Positions 1 through 14,160 of a DNA stretch of 64,000 nucleotides are shown here, in pieces (position 1 is the stretch's first letter; each line of letters opens with the position of its first letter). The notes under the pieces were generated by a model that ran no database searches, was not told where the DNA came from, and saw only the letters and a program-made list of their open reading frames with translations. The stretch is taken from assembly GCF_009914755.1 (NCBI RefSeq), contig NC_060939.1. One strand, 5' to 3'. The translations under genes and the position numbers were made by a program. The stretch is from the human T2T-CHM13v2.0 reference genome, Homo sapiens.

Positions 1-86
1 CACATGACAGGCTGTAATAAATTCCTTTCTCTTAAATAAACTGGAGTGGATTCTGTAGTCTGCGCCTAAGAATCCTAATTTATACA
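1..86 (+). mobile_element. 3' end of an old ERVL/MaLR-class solo LTR, cut by the window edge
   Basis: AATAAA-ttcctttct...ggattctgt...ctaagaatcctaatttatACA is a typical LTR polyA/U5 end. Confidence 0.6.
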
Positions 87-540
87 CCTGCCAATAATAA
101 ATTCATCTTGTTGATAATTCGACTTGGGTGTCTGTCACTTGCAAGCAATGTAGTTGTAATACAATAGCCAAGTAATCATCCAAACTGGATAAAAAAACTT
201 TAAAATGGATAAAAAATGTCTTTATCCGAATAACAGACGTCTCCATTTGCAGGCAGCTATGACTGTACCCTCTACATTGAGACATCAAGACATAATAAAT
301 TTCATTTTATAGCTTGGAAATGCATGAATATAACAAGTTAACTGACTTGTGGGGAACACTGAATAGCTGGAATTTCATCTAATAAGAGATTTAAAATTAA
401 AATATTTTAAATAAAAATGTTCACCCTTATTGGGTCACTGGTTCCAATATTCTCACTTCAGTCCTGAAGACACAGAGGCCTGGGGTGTTGCTCAAATGCA
501 CACAGAGTCCATAACAGGATTAGAACTATTAGAAGCCCTA

Positions 541-690
541 CGCTAAGCTTAATATCTAGGCAATGAAATACTCCGTACAACAAATTCCTGTGACACGAGT
601 TTACCTGTGTAACAAACCTTCACCCGTACCGCCGAACCTAAAATGAAAGTTACAGAAAATAAAGTAAGAAATGAAAAAAAGTAAAGAACG
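541..690 (+). mobile_element. Heavily 5'-truncated L1PA-type 3' end (about 150 bp)
   Basis: tgacacgagtttacctgtgtaacaaacc...aacctaaaatgaaagtt plus A-rich tail; flanking direct repeat agaagcccta at 531-540 and 691-700 (TSD). Confidence 0.8.
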
Positions 691-1362
691 AGAAGCCCTA
701 TCACTGAACCCTACACTGGTCTCTCCACCACAGCACAGTGCCTCCGGAGGCAAAGATTTCAGAGCTCTTGACTTGGCCAGAAAATGCAGAGGAGGAAAAA
801 AAGTCAGGGCCCATCACATATTTTGTACTTGTGACCATGCTCATGGAATTAGAAGTCAGAACAGTGGAGCTGTGAATGATGCATCGGGCTGAGTTCTCAC
901 TTGTAATTCCTCTTCTGTGGGGAGCTGGCAATTCAGAGGGGGAGAGCGTGAGTTCACGGTCTGTTCCACCCCTCACCCGTTGCCAGCAATCCCCACACTG
1001 GAGGAGCTGGACCTGGGTTCCTCATGCAGTCCTCCACGTGGACTGGGGACTAATGCGTCTAACAGAAGTTTCCGCCAAAAGAGGTTTTGCTTCTTCCCCC
1101 AAAGCATGTGCTCCAATACAGGTTTTATTTTATTTAAACAAAGCATGCGAAGAGTCTGTAGCAATTGTGTTAGATAGAGATGCTCCTAATGGCTGGGAAG
1201 GGTGCTGCTGAGATGGACAGGCTGACTGGAATCATGGATTTGCCTTCCCGTGGTGCTCTGCGAAGTCGTGCAGACGCAGAGGAGAGAAGTGTGTTGCTGG
1301 GCACCCGCCAGGGTGTTGGAATGAAGCTCTTGAGTTTCTCCATCAACCTAGCTGGCAGTGAC

Positions 1363-2282
<920 letters not shown>

Positions 2283-3599
2283 CAGGGCCTTACAGGACCC
2301 TGAGTATAAACAAAGTCAGCAACCAGCTTAGAAAGTGGGTCCATTCTTTGCACAAACGCTCCTGAAGGTCCTCTCGGAAGAGGGGCAAAGGGTTCGCTGG
2401 AGTAGAAGAGAGGGGAAACAATCACTTTTGTCCTGGGCAAATCACTGAAAAACAAGAAGAGCTGCTCCTTATCGGATGTGTCTTCTGGAGATAGATGGCA
2501 TCGCATAGAGTCAACCAAACGGGAAATGAATCAGTGCTTGAAATAACAGTGACTGCAAAAGATTTTTCTTAATTCCCTTCAGACTCAAGAACAGTAACAA
2601 TGTCAGTGTCCGGGAGATGCAAGTCCTCTGTCACATACTGAGGAATCACATCTCATTCAACAGCCTGTTACAGGGGTCTGGGAATTGGATGTGGGATCTC
2701 ACGCCTTATTGTGATCCTTAACCACCTATTTATCTTTGCCAGAAAGACCTAGGGTTGCAGAAATGAAGAGCTTTGCTTTGAATGTCCTTTCTCAAATGGA
2801 TGCTGGTAGCGCTGTAGGACCATTTTTCAAAAATGAAAATCTGGGAAGTCATACTGCCTCATTTGAGCTTCTTCCCCTCCTGGGAGGGGGTCCTTTCCCA
2901 GTTGGATTGGACCATCTGCAGCCAGCAGGCTGGGAACGTGCTTATGTGTCCAGACCAGGGCAGGAGGGCTGGGGCATGGAGGGGAGCCACCAAAGGGAAA
3001 AGCCACTACACAGGCCACCAGGAAAGTGTCCCGATGATCTCTGGCAATGATTAATGTAGTTTCTAAGGGCAGGGCGGGCCTGAGGTGCGATCCAGGAGGA
3101 GGAGCGTACAATCACAGATTTGTTGCAGGAAGAACAAAAGAAGAAAAGGCAGAACAAAAAGGGCAGAAAAGCAACTATGAGAGGCAGAGAAGATCTGCCG
3201 TGGGGGAAAGGAGCCTTGATGTCCATGAGCTCACTACCGGGAGGCCAGCACGGAGGCCTCAGGACAGAAAGGCTGGCAAAGTACGCTCCTTGAATCGGGT
3301 AGTTACTGAGCAAACTTAGAACCTACAGAGAGAAGCCTCGGCAAGATAGGGGAAGGCTGTCACCTGGGCTGGGAGCGGGCAGGGTGGAAGGGCCACTCCT
3401 GGCTCCCAGGTTGCTCAGCGTTCACACATCTACCCCGGCCGCATCAGCCTCCCTGCTGGCCGCATGGTTAGGAGGACCACAGTTGAAGTGAGGTAGAACA
3501 ATTTCCACCTCATAAGTCTGTGCTCAAACTATCAACCAAACGTAAGGGTATAATAAAGATATTTGCAAATATTCATGTCCCCAACGTTCTCTGTCATGC

Positions 3600-4040
3600 A
3601 TCCTTTCTCACAAGGCAACTGGAGGATATGGCTTATCAAAATTAAAGAGCGATATAAGCCGAAGAGCATTGAAAACATATGTCCACATAAAAAGTTCCAC
3701 AAATTTTGTAACAGCATCATGCATAATAGCCCCAAAGAAGAAACAACCCAAATGTCTATCCACTGATAAATGGGTAAATAAAATGTAGTACATCGACACA
3801 ATGGAACAAAGTAGTGGTACATGCTACAACATAAAGAACCCTGAAAACATTACGCTGAGTGAAAGAAGCCAGCCACAAACGGAAAGTGACTGCTAATGGG
3901 TGCAGGATTTCTTTCTGGGAGAAGTAAAATGTTTTGGTACTACATGGTGGCACAACTCTGTGAATATAATGAAACTACTGAATTATACACTTTGAAGAGG
4001 TGAATTTTATAATATGTAACTTATGCTTCAATTAAATGAG
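3600..4040 (+). mobile_element. Old L1M (L1MB/ME-like) 3' end fragment
   Basis: acaacccaaatgtctatc...taaataaaatgtagtacat; ends actgaattatacactttgaagaggtgaattttat. Confidence 0.75.
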
Positions 4041-4059
4041 TTTTCTATTTCAATTTTAG

Positions 4060-4800
4060 TTAAAAATAAATATGTAAATTGAGAAAGTCAAATTTTGGAG
4101 GGTCTTCAACATAAGAGACAGGCAAAGGGAATGCCCAGGATAATAGGAACATCCCAGGACAGCTGTGCAGCAGTCTTGGAAAGTAACACTTCAAGATTAG
4201 AACAGAAGATCGAGGATTCTGAGAAAGATGTCTCCAATTCAAAAATGAGTTGGTGTTGATGAGTTTGAAAATATTCAAAATAATTTTATAATACAATCAG
4301 TTTGGTGACAAATTAGTGATTAGTACATAGAAAACTAAACAGAAGGAAAATGAGAAAAACTATTAAATCTAGAAAAGACAAAAAGCTAAACAAGAAAGAA
4401 ATTATAACTAGAGTACACTATATGACTCAGCTGTGATTAATAGCTGCACAGTCATAATGTAAACACAAATACATACAGAACTAAAAACTGAGATACAATA
4501 TTGGCAAGAGAGGAAGTCTATGGGTGTTTGTGCACAGGAGGTAAAATGCATTATCAGTAGATAATATCTAAAATCAAAAAGTCAAAAATATCAGTATAGT
4601 CAAATATAGTACATAGAAATATGGATATAAAAGCCAGAAAATAAAAAGCAGCTAAAGCGGTTAAAAGCATTCATCTCAGAGGGGTAAATATTAGAAGTTT
4701 CATGGATGAGGCAGGAAAAGACTGTTTTTATTATTCACCTAAGTAAACTACTTGATTTTTAAAAATACGTAGATGATATTATTAGAAATTTGAATTTTAT
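4060..4800 (+). mobile_element. HAL1-like (half-L1) remnant
   Basis: A-rich degenerate sequence; shares the tgactcagc...gtgaNta...tgca motif with the copy near 8180. Confidence 0.5.
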
Positions 4801-4899
4801 TTCGTGTCATGTAAGAGAATGTGTACTGTCTACTGAAAGAATCGAAGGTTCTCTCATTCTCATATTTTCTCTCTACCTCTCTTTAACCAAGTTCATGCA

Positions 4900-5488
4900 C
4901 AGTAAGTTCTCGATGTCGTGGATAGGTTCTTGGAAACTGTGACTTCAAGTGAAAGAAAAACAAGTTTCCCAAAGGCTGGTTGATATATACAAGAGTTAGG
5001 CCTCTATGTATATTTCTGGCCACAAAAACATTACAAACTTCTAAACAAAGACCAAAATTCTTCCACTATAAAACACTGAAATAACTGTGAGCTATACATC
5101 CATTTAAGATAGATTAATAAAAACAGGCAAGGTAATTATTTACCCAATTATTCCAGATCAGGGTGGTGGGTGACCGGAGCCTGTTCTGACAGCTCAAGGC
5201 CAAGGTGGAAACCAGTCCCGGACGGGACACCATCCCATCGCAGGGTGCACTCACACGCGCCCACGCTCACTCGCACTGGGACCATTTAGACAAGATGATC
5301 ACCTCACATGCACGACTTTGGGGTGTGGGCGGGAGGAAACCAGAGCACCTGGGAAACCCATGCAGACCTGGGGAGAACGTGCAAACTCCACACAGACGGG
5401 GTCCCCACCCTGGCTGGGAAGCCACGTTTTTGCCCATCAATATTATAAGGAAACAACATTGAACAAAACGTTATTCGAGGACCTGCTG
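4900..5488 (-). mobile_element. MER6A-like TcMar-Tigger DNA transposon
   Basis: Termini cagtaagttctc... and ...ttcgaggacctgctg followed by TA; about 590 bp; internal V-SINE-like segment. Confidence 0.8.
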
Positions 5489-5785
5489 TATGATACTTTT
5501 CAAAAAATGATACAAGAAAATTTCCTAAAGTTAAAGAAGATAATTATTTAGGTTGAAATGGACTACTATATCCCTCAATTTTACATAGCTGGTTATTATC
5601 ACACATATCTTTAAAGCCCAGTTCAGCAAAACTAAATTAAAAGGCCTAATGGCGTGTTTTTTTTTTTTTCTCTTGAAGGGTCTGCCAACATTTTCACACT
5701 AAAGCAGTTTAACTGTAAGCAACACAGAGAAAACGCACACCTCTGACCCTTAAGGTTGTGCGCACGACTGAGGTTTCTCCTTCTA

Positions 5786-5803
5786 GGGCACCAGATGGCA
5801 CGG
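5786..5803 (+). promoter_or_regulatory. Candidate CTCF site
   Basis: gcaccagatggcac resembles the CTCF core CCACCAG(A/G)(T/G)GGC(G/A)C; lies in a short non-repeat island with retained CpGs. Confidence 0.4.
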
Positions 5804-5885
5804 ATGCATTGTGGGGGTTGATTTCAATGTGTGTAGTTCAATCTTCGGCACCATTTCTCCAAATTACCCAGTGGCCAAGCTTTTA

Positions 5886-6253
<368 letters not shown>

Positions 6254-6297
6254 TTAAGACTTGTGGATGTCAAAGTTCTGCTCTGCAAAGTTTTTTT

Positions 6298-6345
6298 TTT
6301 ATGTTCTGCATAGTTTGAAAATTTATGTTCTGCATAGTTTGAAAA
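6298..6345. repeat. Perfect 24-bp tandem duplication
   Basis: tttatgttctgcatagtttgaaaa x2. Confidence 0.95.
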
Positions 6346-6456
6346 CAGTAAAGTTTATCCACTGGGCAAATGCCATACTCATTTCCTGTTAAGAGTACAG
6401 AGGGTAGATTGGAAGAATAGTGATACACTTTCTAATGCATTGGTTCTGGCTCTCCA

Positions 6457-6541
6457 TTATCTATGTATGTATGTATCTATCTATGTATGTATCTGTCATC
6501 TACCTATCTGCCTACCTGTCTGTCTTTCTCTATATATATAT
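6457..6541. repeat. Degenerate (TATC/TATG/TCTG)n simple repeat
   Basis: Visible tetranucleotide periodicity. Confidence 0.85.
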
Positions 6542-6734
6542 CCTCACTCCCAAGGAAACCAAAGATATATCTGTTGATCACATCATTGTTTAAAGAAGCA
6601 AAACTAAAGGAAAATGCTTGTAAACATTTTGAATTGCTTTGCATAGTTTTGAGATAATTGGTGTCAGAATTTTGACTTTCTATATTTGAAAGAATGAAAT
6701 AAAAATTTTAAAAAAATTAAAAAGCAGAAACGGC

Positions 6735-7240
6735 CTACTACCGAACAGCCATTCCTCCCTCCTCCTTTGGAACAGAACCTGATTGCTTTAGGTCTTCATG
6801 TTCCTGGTGCAGCCCCAGCCCCAGAGCCTGGACCTGTGTTGGTCTACATCCACCATGATCATTCTAATCAGAAGCCTAGGAAGAGGCATGTGGCCCAGTT
6901 CTGGCTGATTAGATATTAGAAAAGTCTCCCAGGAGAGGGTCTGTGATGGATTTCTTGGTTCTCGAAATAAGACACAAGGAAAAGATAGTTCCCTCTTCTG
7001 CTCTGGACACTGCATGGCCAGAATGTGTTTCCTGAACTCACCACAGCCCTCCGCAGCTAGCTGACATGCTGAAGTTGGCAGACAGAGACAATAGGGAAAA
7101 GATGAGACTTGATGGCAAGGCCCTGGGACTGCTTTACTTTGGGAATTCTTATTATATGAACCAATAAGCCTCCATATGATTTAAGTTGCCATGAATTGGC
7201 TGTTTGATTACTTGCAGCTGAAAGCATCCTGAATGACAGA
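6735..7240 (+). mobile_element. MLT1J/K-like MaLR LTR
   Basis: ggcatgtggcccagttctggc core; ends ttacttgcagctgaaagcatcctgaatgaca. Confidence 0.7.
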
Positions 7241-7244
7241 GATC

Positions 7245-8520
7245 CACATCTAAACTCACAGGATGAATTTTCAGAATAGCCAGGATAAATCTGAAAAAAA
7301 AGAAGAAAATCCTAAAAAGTGTCCAGAGGGGAAAAAGACGGATGGTCCTCAAAGGAATGAGAATGAGATAAGCCGGAGGCTGAGAACATCACTAGATTCT
7401 TGAATACCATGGAGCAGAGCTTTCAGAGACTGAAGGAAAATGGCTTCAACATAATGGTCCAGCCCAAGTGACCTTCCAGTGTGAGGACTCACCACAGAAG
7501 TTTTTGGATATGAGGGAATTTAAAAAGTTAACTGCTCATGCATTTTTTTGGGAGGAAGTAACTAAAGAGCATACTCCAGCAAAGTAAGGAAATGAACCAA
7601 GAAAAGGGACAAGAAAGACTCTAGAAAACAATAGTTTTGAACCCCAAAGAGCCACCAGAAGACCCAGGACTGCATTTGAATAGCAAGCCTGGATATTAAC
7701 CATTCCACTGGAGTGGGAGGTCAGAAGGCTCTGGAAGGAAGGACCTGTGAGAAATGGGCTCCTTAGAGAACAGCGTGCTTGAGACACTGCAGGAACCTGA
7801 AGTCACGACAAAGGCAAGCAACGTAAGAGGGAGAAATGAAAAGCAAAGGGATGCAGAGTCGTGTATGATGCACCTGGTCCAAATTAGTCCAGGATTTGGA
7901 TAGGATTCAAGAATAATAATGAAACAGACCCTGAGCAATTAGAATTTTAGGAAGCAGGAAGCTAGGAGGCATTTGTTGGGTAAGGTGAAAGTTTCTTCTA
8001 TCCAAAAGAAAAACAAGCTGAACGTACAAGATATAATCCAGATTTGCAGCAAACCAAAATGTATCTTGATTTTGAGCAATTGACAGTGTGAAACAATCAA
8101 TTGGAAATATTTTCCTTTCATGACTCAAGGACACTGTCAGTTGAACCACACAGAAGGGTATGTCATTCCAGAGCGTGGCTTGACTCAGCAGTGAATAGAA
8201 TTTGCAGTGAAATCATGTCAACGTGATATTGCTTGTCTCTTGGCTTTTACCTTTGAGAATCAACCTACAAATAAATTCCATATCAATATTCATACATTGA
8301 TAAATGTTATCCATCTTAACAACATAGAAATGTGTTGACAGAAACTGGGAAGCAGAACTGGGATGAGTAGAGGCAATAATGTCCTCATTCCACCGAGCAA
8401 GAAGCAAGAGACAGAGACCGCAGTTGCTACAGCAAGAATGAGCAGAGATAAGATGTTTATGTCATTTAAATATCTCCTGATTTCAGTGGTAATGCTTACA
8501 AAGTTCCACCAGTAAATATC
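7245..8520 (+). mobile_element. HAL1 / old L1 ORF1-like remnant
   Basis: Decayed ORF1 C-terminal-like motifs (aaggaatgagaat..., atggagcagagctttc...ctgaaggaaaatg); purine-rich sense strand. Confidence 0.55.
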
Positions 8521-8537
8521 ATGTTTCCTGTGGCTTG

Positions 8538-8872
8538 TTTGTTTGTTTGTTTCTTTCAGGCAGAGTCTCACTCTGTCACCCAGGCTGGAGCACAGTGGTG
8601 CTCTCTGGGCTCACTGCAACCTCTACCTCCTGGTTCAAGCAATTCTCCTGCCTCTGCCTCCTGAGTAGCTCAAGCAATTCTCCTGCCTCAGCTTCCCGAG
8701 TAGCTGGGACTACAGGTGCCTGCCACCATGGCTGGCTAATTTTTGTATTTTTTGTAGAGATGGGGTTTCTCCATGTTGGCCAGGTTGGTCTCGAATTCCT
8801 AGCCTCAAGTGATCTGCCCGCCTCGGCCTCCCAAAGTGTTGGGATTACAGGTATGAGCCACTGCACCCAGCC
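8538..8872 (-). mobile_element. AluS/J with an internal 35-bp tandem duplication
   Basis: Alu dimer; caagcaattctcctgcctc...gagtagct repeated at 8636-8670 and 8671-8705. Confidence 0.93.
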
Positions 8873-8884
8873 CCTCTGGCTTGA

Positions 8885-9500
8885 TTTTTAAAAATTTTTT
8901 TATCTCTGGGACATTTTAGTTCTACAGAAAAAATTAAGCAAAAAGAGAGAGTTCTCACCCCTCGCTAATTTCCCCAATTTTTAACATCCTGCATTAATGA
9001 AGGTTTTTTTTTTGTTTGTTTGTTTGTTTGTTTGTTTTTTACAAAGGGTGAGCCAATATTGACACTGTGGATTGTTTCTTTAGGTTGAGAAAGTTTCCAT
9101 ATATTATTAGGTTTTTGAGTATTTTGATCAGCCTGGGTGTTAGGTTTTTAAACTTAAGAAATGTATCAAGATGAATATATTTCCCCTTAATATGCTAGCG
9201 AAGTATGTTAATAGTTTTCAATGTTGAATAATAACAGTAAAAAATAGGATTAATCAGTAGTGTTCGGATGTTTTGGAGGAAAAAATAACTTAGATATATA
9301 CCTCACACACCACACCCAAAAGCAAATTCCAGGTAGACTAAAGATCTACATGTAAAAATCCAAACCATGAATGAGTCAGAGGAAAATATAGAAGAATGTT
9401 TTTACAATCTTGGGATGGGAAGGCCTTACTAACCAAGATAAAAGGAAAAGATGAGGAGATTTTATTACATAAAAATGTAAAATATGTTTCCTGCACCCCA
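8885..9500. mobile_element. Mixed old L1M fragments (minus-strand L1MC/MD 3' end, then ORF2 pieces in both orientations)
   Basis: acagaaaaattaagc...aacatcctgcattaa...gagccaatattgacac; cctcacacaccacacccaaaagcaaattccagg. Confidence 0.6.
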
Positions 9501-9554
9501 TCCCACCCCCCAAGCTGCCACTAACAAAAAGGAAAAAGATAAAAAGATCAGTGG

Positions 9555-9862
9555 GGCCAGGCGCAGTGGCTCACGCCTGTAATGCCAGCACTTTGGGAGG
9601 CCAAATCGGGCAGATCACAAGGTCAGGAGATTGAGACTATCCTGGCTAACACAGTGAAACCCCATGTCTACTAAAAATATAAAAAATTAGCTGGGCGCGG
9701 TGGCAGGCGCCTGTAGTTACAGCTACTCAGGAGGCTGAGGCAGGAGAATGGCGTGAACCTGGAGGCGGAGCTGGCAGTGAGCCGAGATCGCACCGCTGTA
9801 CTCCAGCCTGGGGGACAGAGCGAGACTCCATCTCAAAAAAAACAAAACAAAACAAAACAAAA
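9555..9862 (+). mobile_element. AluY-like
   Basis: Y diagnostics ctggctaacac and agaatggcgtgaacc; (CAAAA)n tail; TSD atcagtgg. Confidence 0.92.
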
Positions 9863-10012
9863 ATCAGTGGTAGCCTGGGGTTGGGGGAGGAAGGGATGAA
9901 CAGGTAGAGCACAGAGGATTTTGAGGACAGTGAGACTATTCTGTATGATACTATAATGATGGATACATGTCGACATTATGTGTTTGTCCAAACCCATAGA
10001 ATGTACAATACT

Positions 10013-10376
<364 letters not shown>

Positions 10377-11541
10377 TCATCAATTGTTACAAACGGACCA
10401 CTCTGCTGGTGGATGTTGGTAATAGGGGAGGCTGTGCCTGTAGTGGGAGAGGGTGTATGAGAAATCTCTGCACCTTCTGCTCAATTTTGCTGTAAACCTA
10501 AAACCGCTCTAAAAAATAGTTTATTTTTAAAAAGCTAAAGGACAGGCTGAGATAAAATATTCACCATACATAGTAGACTTAGGATTAGCATGCATAATAT
10601 ATAAAGAGGCTCTGCATATTGGCAAAACAAGAAACAACTTATTAGAAAATGGATGAAGGATAGAAACAGGCAATTCACCAAAGAATTCCAACTGCTTGTA
10701 AATACGTGAAAAGATGCTCAATATCAAAATGTAAGCAAAACACTGAGAGACCTATCAGAATGCTAAAAATTAAATGGGTGGTATGTCTAGAAGGCAACAG
10801 AAAAGGGTGAATAGTCAGGGAGAGTCCACCTCAGAAAACCAGGGATGCTGAGGGCTTGCCTTGCTGCTCCTTGAGGTCAGTGCTGGCTGTGAAGGGTGAG
10901 GAGCAGGTCTGTGTGGTTCTGAGTCTTCCCAGCAAGGAAGACAGGCGTTAAGCTCCAGGTGGTGGGATCACAGCTGAGCCCACCATGGCAGCTGAGGGTG
11001 ACCTAGCATTGGTCACGGATGGATGACGTCCATCCATCAGGGTGGATGACAAAGGTTGGTTAGGACAATGGGCCCCAGCCCTTCCCAGCAGCCTCCTCTC
11101 ACAGCCTGGTCCTTCTCCCTCTCTGCCCCCACCCCATGGCCCTTGCCATCCCTTCTGGAGGCAGGGAACCCCACACTCCAGCTGTGTCCCGGCTCTCTGC
11201 ATCCCTGGCCCACCCCATCCCCAACCTCCACCAGAGCAGCATCAGATGGAGGAAAAGAAAAGGGGCAAGAGGAAAGAGGGATGGGAAAGGAACTCCAATA
11301 TCATTTCTTTCCTCCGCATTTTGTCCTGCTAAAGACAGTTTTTTAAAAAAATAATTAAATCTGCCGATATAAGTTCATTGGGAAAAAAATTAAGGACAAA
11401 TGGAAAATGATGGACCAGTTTAATAATCTGTGGTTAATCATATTAGCCCAGCAAGTAACACAACCTTGATTTCATTTTATTTGGAGGCTTTTGGGGTTGG
11501 AAATATGGGTGGTTAGGCTTATCCCTAGCCCCAAAGCTAAC

Positions 11542-11862
<321 letters not shown>

Positions 11863-12620
11863 TAATCCAGCAATGAGGAGGGACAGGTAAGGATCACCCC
11901 AGGGACAGAGGACGCCATTTGCCAGGGACATCACTTGCCTCCATTCTCTGGCTCCTACCTCTAGCTGCATCTTCGGGGGGCCCGGACCCACTCTCCTCAC
12001 TCCCTGCCCCTCTTCAGGTCCTTCCATGAGCCCTTTCTCTTGCCCTGAACATGTCCTGTTTGGTGATAAATAATCTCCCTTCCATCCTTAATCTTTTCTC
12101 CTGTCTTCTTCTACCTGTTGGTCTAAACCAGCCTGATGTCTCCCCAGGGTCTCCGTGCTGGGCAGCCTTCTTAAATGGATATGTTGCCTCCCCGAGTCCC
12201 AGGGGCAGAAGCGGGGTCCACATGTCTTGGAGCTGTGTGCAGAACATTGTTTCACAGTCACCTCTCCAGGCTGTCCTCCATGGACGTCTACACTATCCAT
12301 TGGTCCGCCCTCTCCCCGTCAGCATCACTGAGGCACCTCTAGACCCAGTCCAGTTCTTCCTCACACAGCACCCTTCAGAGTCCCAAGTCCCCTGGGATGT
12401 GTCTCCCCCTCAAGTCCGGTGACTTCTCCTGCACTATTCTCACGTGGCCCCGTGATGCTCAGAGCTCACTGCAGTCCCAGAAACCACCCTCAGAGGTGTA
12501 TGTAGAAACAGGGTAACTGAAGGCTTGGGTGTGCACAAAGTCACCTGGGCTGGAGGCACAGGCCCTCAGTGTGGCTTTGGAACTGGTCCTCACACTGCAG
12601 AACTGGAGCTGCATCTCTGA

Positions 12621-13331
12621 CATGACCCAGAAGTGGGGAGGGGGCGGAGGATCAGCGGCGGGCTCCCCATGCACAGCCTCTCTGCGGAGGAGGCTCAACT
12701 GCCTCTCATGCCCAGGACGCTGGTCCCTCAGTCGTGATCCACACCAGCCACACAGACGCCCTCTGCCTGCCTCCCACAAGCATGACACTGTTGCCTCCAC
12801 CGCTGCAGAAAACCAAGTGCCTTCGCCACCATCTCTGTGGTCAGAGCAGAATGAAAGCAATCGGAGCAAGACCTCAGCCTCACCTCCCTGTCCAGGTGAC
12901 ATGCATCTGGCTGTCAGGCCCTTACTGACAGCCCAGAGGCAAGTGGTTCTGAGAAACGTGGGCTTGAACTTTCCAGCCCCCCAGAGGATATCCCCAAGGA
13001 TGCTGGAGTGGAGGGGCGGTGGTCCAACATCTGCCACACTCACCGCAGTGCCCACCCCTGCCAGGACTCACTCCTTTGAACCCATAAATAACTTTGATCA
13101 TATCTCCCAGGAACGTGTATATATGTATATGTGTGTGGGGTACATATGTGTGTGCATGTGTGTCCCCTTGTGTAGAGGGTCTGTGTGACTGTGCCAGGGG
13201 GGAGAGAGAGACACACACACGCAGTGATAGAGAGAGACAGAGAGAGAGAGAAAGACAAAGAGCCCACAAAGGGGCTGTGCGTGGGGAGCCAGCAGCTGAC
13301 CCCCTGCCCCCCTCCCCACTTCTTGATCATG
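12621..13331. repeat. Inverted repeat pair, about 67 bp arms (12621-12687 / 13264-13331)
   Basis: catgacccagaagtggggagggggcggaggatcagcggcgggctccccatgcacagcc vs reverse complement catgatcaagaagtggggaggggggcagggggtcagctgctggctccccacgcacagcc, about 80% by eye. Confidence 0.85.
13114..13260. repeat. Compound TG/TA/GA/CA low-complexity tract
   Basis: Dinucleotide runs. Confidence 0.85.
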
Positions 13332-13644
13332 GTTTTAACCTCCTTGAAGGCAGGAGATAGGGATGGACTCACTTCCCTGCACAGAGCAGGAGGCTCAGTT
13401 CCGTTTGCTGAATGGCGCGGCTGGAAGTGCTCTGGGGGAAGGAAATCAAAGAATATAAGGAAACACAAAGTGGGGAAGGGAACTGACTTTCACAGACAGC
13501 TGCATGGCAGTTCATTTAGATGGGGTCAGGTTTTGGCCATCAAAAAAAGCTAGGAAAAACCTTCCTTTCAGAGCTCTTTGACCTTCGGAATCAGAGAAAA
13601 GGGATTGTCAGACGTTGCTGTTTTGAGTTATTTCTGGTTTCCCA

Positions 13645-13745
13645 CTTAATTCTCACAGGTCTCAAGGTTGAGCAACTCATTTTATAGGAGAGAAAACGGA
13701 GGCTGGGCCAGAAGGACTGTCCTGGGATTGTCTTGGCAGGTGTGG
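13645..13745 (-). mobile_element. MIR fragment
   Basis: ctcattttataggagagaaaacggaggct matches the MIR core. Confidence 0.55.
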
Positions 13746-13879
13746 GCTGAATGGAATGGCTAAGCCTCTTCCAACACTGTTCAAACACCCCTCTGTGGAG
13801 GAAGAACTGGGAGTCGGGGGCCAGTGCTGCTGTCCCGGGGAACTCCGAACATACACCCCAGATTTGTATTCAAGACTCA

Positions 13880-14160
13880 TTTGTCACTCATGACTCATTT
13901 CCAAGTGATGGAATTCCAACTCACAATAGCTTATAAGTTTAGGGGCAGGTGGGGGACTTATTGCTTTGAGTCATGGGGACTTCCAGGAAAGCACAGCGCT
14001 TCAGGCATAGCTGGACCCAGGGGGTGGGCAGCCTGTTGCCCAGCAGCTCCAATGAAGGCAATGACTGGCCCAGCTTCGATGGTCTCTCCCCATCCCAAGG
14101 AGGGTCAAATTATCTGACTGGCTGGATCTGAGTCACGTCTCAAACTATGTCACCAGAGGT
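13880..14160 (-). mobile_element. Old ERVL LTR remnant (LTR33-like)
   Basis: ccaactcacaatagctta...ttattg...gcttcaggcatagctggacccaggg. Confidence 0.45.

Noticed and set aside
12459-13188. Overlapping 198-aa and 219-aa ORFs
   Set aside because: GC-rich DNA, non-ATG starts, no recognisable domain, and the plus-strand ORF runs into a microsatellite
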